A stretch of DNA of 30,275 bases from a bacterium (GTDB lineage Bacteria > Zhuqueibacterota > Zhuqueibacteria > Oceanimicrobiales > Oceanimicrobiaceae): contig JBHHXN010000052.1 of NCBI GenBank assembly GCA_046757025.1, positions 1-30,275 of the forward strand, read 5' to 3'. Position numbers and translations under genes: made by a program. Positions within the stretch are counted from its first letter, which is position 1; the number at the start of each line of letters is the position of its first letter. Positions 26,884 to 30,275 of this stretch are shown piece by piece. The notes beneath the pieces were generated by a model, which ran no database searches, was not told the DNA's origin, and worked only from the letters and a program-made list of their open reading frames with translations.

Positions 26884-26898
26884 TGGCATGTTATTTGA
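26884..26898 (+). promoter_or_regulatory. Second putative sigma54 promoter
   Basis: TGGCAT-GTTAT-TTGA, the same variant as 13097, preceded by an AT-rich tract. Confidence 0.6.
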
Positions 26899-27137
26899 TA
26901 TAAACTAAACCGTGAAGGATACGATGGGTCTGGTTACTCACTGACTTGCGAATTTCGGTTTTAGCGGATTTTATTTGATAACGGAACCTTCTAAACCAGA
27001 CCCATTATTATTTCCTTGGAGTGACGCAGGAATGTACCGTTTCTATGAAAGAGTTTTCTTAAGCCATAACAAGTCTCTATAAGTTTCTATAAATACATAT
27101 CTTCAAACGAATTTGAATTACAACAGGGTTTCTCAAA

Positions 27138-27401
27138 ATGAACGTAAAATTACTCACCTGCCGAAAAGTCAAACAGATTAAGAAAGAAAATAATAAACTG
27201 CGTGGTACCTTAGAAGTCATTTTATGTGAGCTGGAGAAAAATAATATCGAGCAGGCGAAAGAGCTTGCCCACAATGCCCTGCGCTCAGAAAGTCGGCTTC
27301 AAAAAGTGCGATTCACGCAGGATTGGCTGGCTCAGATTTTACATAACCCGGACCTTACCAGAGGTGAATGGGGATTTCCTTCAGAATCCGTGAATCATTG
27401 A
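27138..27401 (+). CDS. Small hypothetical helical protein
   Basis: 87-aa ATG ORF downstream of the second sigma54-like promoter; coiled-coil-like composition; weak RBS. Confidence 0.45.
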   Translation: MNVKLLTCRKVKQIKKENNKLRGTLEVILCELEKNNIEQAKELAHNALRSESRLQKVRFTQDWLAQILHNPDLTRGEWGFPSESVNH

Positions 27402-27908
27402 GCAATCGACTTTGATCATTTAATTGAATAACACTATTTAAGTAAAAATAGAATCTTTTATTACTTCGTCATACTCAATTATCGTGCAGTTAGCAGAAAA
27501 TTGATAAAGGGTAATTGTGATTAAAATCTGTTGACTGTTAGTATGCTCCTCAAACCATACCGCCCCAATCCTACCTATTTTGGGTGTCGGTAACCTCGCC
27601 TGAAGTCGAGATCTGCCCCAATTGACTTCAAATTTAATCAATTGATTTTTTGACTTCAGGCGTTTCCCCTTTTAGTGCTCCATTTTGGTATATTTTTTTT
27701 CTGGATAGGTAACCGTCCGATGTAAAATCAACTACCTGAAACGCCGGCCGGAATCCAGATTCTACAATTTTTTAAAATGAGGTATGGCCAGATTTAAGCA
27801 AGATCGTCTTGTTTTCTGAGTCAGACCTGATAAGCCATCTTTGCATCGAACATGACTTCCTGTACCATATTACGGGATAAATTACCCGGCCAAAACATAG
27901 AGACGTTT

Positions 27909-27941
27909 ATCCTCATGAAGATAATAACACTTCAGGAGGAT
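27909..27941. terminator. Stem-loop just after the minus-strand surface-protein gene
   Basis: ATCCTCaTGAAG / CTTCAgGAGGAT, a 12-bp stem with one mismatch, 10 bp from the stop; no clear U tract on the minus strand. Confidence 0.4.
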
Positions 27942-27950
27942 TATTAAATT

Positions 27951-30275
27951 CTACTTCGTCAAAATCAGCTTTTTAGTCGCCACGAAATTTTTGGTAAACA
28001 GCTTGTAAATATACGTTCCGCTGGCCACGGGAATCCCCTGCAAACTTTGACCGTCCCAGACCACACTGTGGCGACCTGCTGCAACTACACCCGAAACCAG
28101 CGTCCGCACCAACTGTCCGCGCAGGTTGTAAATAGCCAGGGTGACTTCATCCGTTTCAGGTACCGCAAACGTGATCGTGGTGCTGGGATTGAACGGATTC
28201 GGATAGTTCTGGTCTAGTTCAAATTTTGTCGGTATCAGATTCCCCGGTGAGTTTTCGGCCAGGGTCGAGTTTGCTGAATTTTTTGTTGCAAGTAGCCCTT
28301 CTTCCGCTGTCATGGTTTCGCTTTGTGACCCTGCCACCGCCGTCGGGCCGATGGTCATGATCAGCTCTGGCGGGCTGCTGCCTTCTTTGGAGCTGTAAAG
28401 CACGCGGTCTGATGCACCATTTGCAATGGCAAAACTGAAGGTACCGTTGCCACTGATGGCGGCGGTGACGTCAAACTCCACAACCGCGCCGAGAACCGCC
28501 GCGCCGATGCTGCTCAAAGGCGTGCCGCTGAGTGCTGGTGCGTTGCTCCAGTTGAGTCCGGTTTCGAGCCACGGATCGGGACTGTTGAGATAGTTGTTCG
28601 AAACGGAATAGATGGCGCCGCCATCCGGGCCGTCGTTGATCACTGTGAGTCGTATGGTGGCGCTTTGGACGGCGCCGGCCAGACCGGCAACGTCAAACTT
28701 GAGATAGGTGTGCAGTACGGTGGAGGAGCTTTGCCGCACTCTCAACTCGCCGGTACGGCCATAATTTTTTGTTGCTGAGCCGGCATTCACAAACGTGTCA
28801 TGTGCGGGCAAGATGACGATTTCGGTTCCCGGTTGAATCACGACGCCTGTGCCAGTTAAAGCCACGTTCAGCGGGTTGCCATCGGGGTCGTCGCTGCTCA
28901 GCCGCAAAGTAGCGGTTTTAGCCCCTTCTGACGTGGGTAGTATTGTTACTTCGAGATTGGTGCTGGCGCCGGGAGCCAGGGTAAAAGTTCCACCGCCGTT
29001 GGATATTTGAAATTCCGTCGCATGCGTTCCTAGCAAGGTTGTGCCGGTGACGTTGAGCATTTCCGTGCCCGAATTGCTCACCACAAAGGTCTGGTTGGCA
29101 CTGCTGCCCACGTTCACCACACCGAAGTCGTAAGCAGGGGGATTGACTGCGATATTGGGCTGGGATGTCACACCGCTTCCGCTTAAGTTCAGGTCGAATG
29201 GATTTTGGTCGGGATCGTTGCTGCTGATACGCAACACAGCGCTTTTCGCGCCTTCGGAAGCGGGTTGAAATTGCACTGTCACATTCTGACTGGCTCCGGG
29301 TGTGAGCGCAACCGCTCCACCGCCAGCCGTGATTTGGAAGTCGCCGGCATCGACGCCGACTAATGAAATTCCAGAAACGTCGAGCACGTCGTTGCCGGTG
29401 TTGCCGACCACAAAAGTCTGGTTTGCGCTGCTGCCGATTGCGACCGCGCCAAAGTCGTGTGCAGGGGGATTGACCGCGATATTGGGCTCGGGCGGCGGCG
29501 GTGGCCCCGTCGGGCAGAAGATTTGAAATTCGTAAAGTACGTATCTTGAACTGTTGCTCTGGGTCATCAACAGGCGCACGTATTGCCCGCTGCCCGCTAT
29601 GCCGGTGAGGTCATCCTGCGAGCCGGCGCCGGCGGTTTCAGCGTAAATATCCTGCCAGTTTGCGCCATCGTTTGAGGTCTGAAGGGCGTAACTCACGGCT
29701 CTACGGGTGGATTTCCAGCGCAGGAGAATTCGCCCCAGGGCAATGGTCTGTCCGAAGTCGATTTGCAGCCACTGTTGCTGATTGCTGGTGTTGAGCCGGG
29801 CGCTGCGCCAGCGAGAAGCGTTGTCGCCGTCGGTGACATTGCCGGGCGGCAAGTCGCCGCTGGAGGCGGTGGCTGCTTGGTTGAGGGCGATGTTGACATT
29901 GGGGTCACAGGGCGGCAGGGGTTGATTACCAACCAGGTTGATTTCGAACGGATTCTCGTCCGGGTCGTCGCTTTGCAGGCTTAGTACGGCGTTTTTCTGT
30001 TCATCCGACGTGGGTAGAAAGACGACTTCGAGATTGTGCGTGCTGCCGGGCGCCAGGGCAAACGCGCCCCCGCCGGCGGGGATTTGAAAGTCGCCGGCCT
30101 GGGGGCCGGTCAAACTGACAGCGCTGACATTCAGCACCGCTGTGCCGGCGTTTCTGACCACAAAGGTCTGGCTGGCGCTGCTGCCCGCTGGCACGCCACC
30201 GAAATCGTGGGAAGTGGGATTCACTGCGATGTCGGGTAGAAGCGGCATGCCCGAACCGCTCAAATTGACATCCAG
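27951..30275 (-). CDS. Large secreted/surface protein (5'-truncated): choice-of-anchor-D/ASH-like Ig repeats, F5/8 discoidin, DNRLRE/CBM96-like domain, FlgD-Ig/T9SS-like C-terminus
   Basis: Frame open to the window edge (LDVNLSGSG); three PxIAVNP..xDFG...SxDPD repeats; NIALNQAATASS...DGD...RW...QWLQID; HDTFV...NYG...TYLKFD; QNYPNPFNP...KKLILTK. Confidence 0.9.
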   Translation of the reverse strand: MDVNLSGSGMPLLPDIAVNPTSHDFGGVPAGSSASQTFVVRNAGTAVLNVSAVSLTGPQAGDFQIPAGGGAFALAPGSTHNLEVVFLPTSDEQKNAVLSLQSDDPDENPFEINLVGNQPLPPCDPNVNIALNQAATASSGDLPPGNVTDGDNASRWRSARLNTSNQQQWLQIDFGQTIALGRILLRWKSTRRAVSYALQTSNDGANWQDIYAETAGAGSQDDLTGIAGSGQYVRLLMTQSNSSRYVLYEFQIFCPTGPPPPPEPNIAVNPPAHDFGAVAIGSSANQTFVVGNTGNDVLDVSGISLVGVDAGDFQITAGGGAVALTPGASQNVTVQFQPASEGAKSAVLRISSNDPDQNPFDLNLSGSGVTSQPNIAVNPPAYDFGVVNVGSSANQTFVVSNSGTEMLNVTGTTLLGTHATEFQISNGGGTFTLAPGASTNLEVTILPTSEGAKTATLRLSSDDPDGNPLNVALTGTGVVIQPGTEIVILPAHDTFVNAGSATKNYGRTGELRVRQSSSTVLHTYLKFDVAGLAGAVQSATIRLTVINDGPDGGAIYSVSNNYLNSPDPWLETGLNWSNAPALSGTPLSSIGAAVLGAVVEFDVTAAISGNGTFSFAIANGASDRVLYSSKEGSSPPELIMTIGPTAVAGSQSETMTAEEGLLATKNSANSTLAENSPGNLIPTKFELDQNYPNPFNPSTTITFAVPETDEVTLAIYNLRGQLVRTLVSGVVAAGRHSVVWDGQSLQGIPVASGTYIYKLFTKNFVATKKLILTK

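Overview
Bacterial genomic DNA, probably from an FCB-group lineage such as KSB1 or Calditrichota. This is inferred from four proteins ending in a QN(Y/F)PNPFNP-type FlgD-Ig/T9SS-like C-terminal domain plus a SusD-like lipoprotein. The left third encodes secreted and envelope proteins (CHRD-repeat protein, DNRLRE protein, orphan SusD, a GHL10/DigH-amidase fusion), a multiply broken pseudogene, a BrnT/BrnA toxin-antitoxin pair and three housekeeping-type genes. The centrepiece (13.1-26.1 kb) is a five-gene cluster behind a sigma54-type promoter: a circularly permuted TrxR-fold NAD(P)H flavoprotein with a ferredoxin domain, a di-heme-b-like inner-membrane protein, a 20-heme cytochrome c, a 31-heme cytochrome c containing eight tandem 77-aa three-heme modules, and an outer-membrane beta-barrel. 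It is followed by a second unit encoding a small exported protein, a porin, a histidine kinase and an NtrC-family activator. Together these look like a regulated electron conduit from cytoplasmic NAD(P)H to the cell surface. Nested REP/MITE-like elements, a second sigma54-type promoter with a structured leader, and the 3' part of a large surface protein complete the window. All family assignments come from motif recognition by eye; no searches were run.
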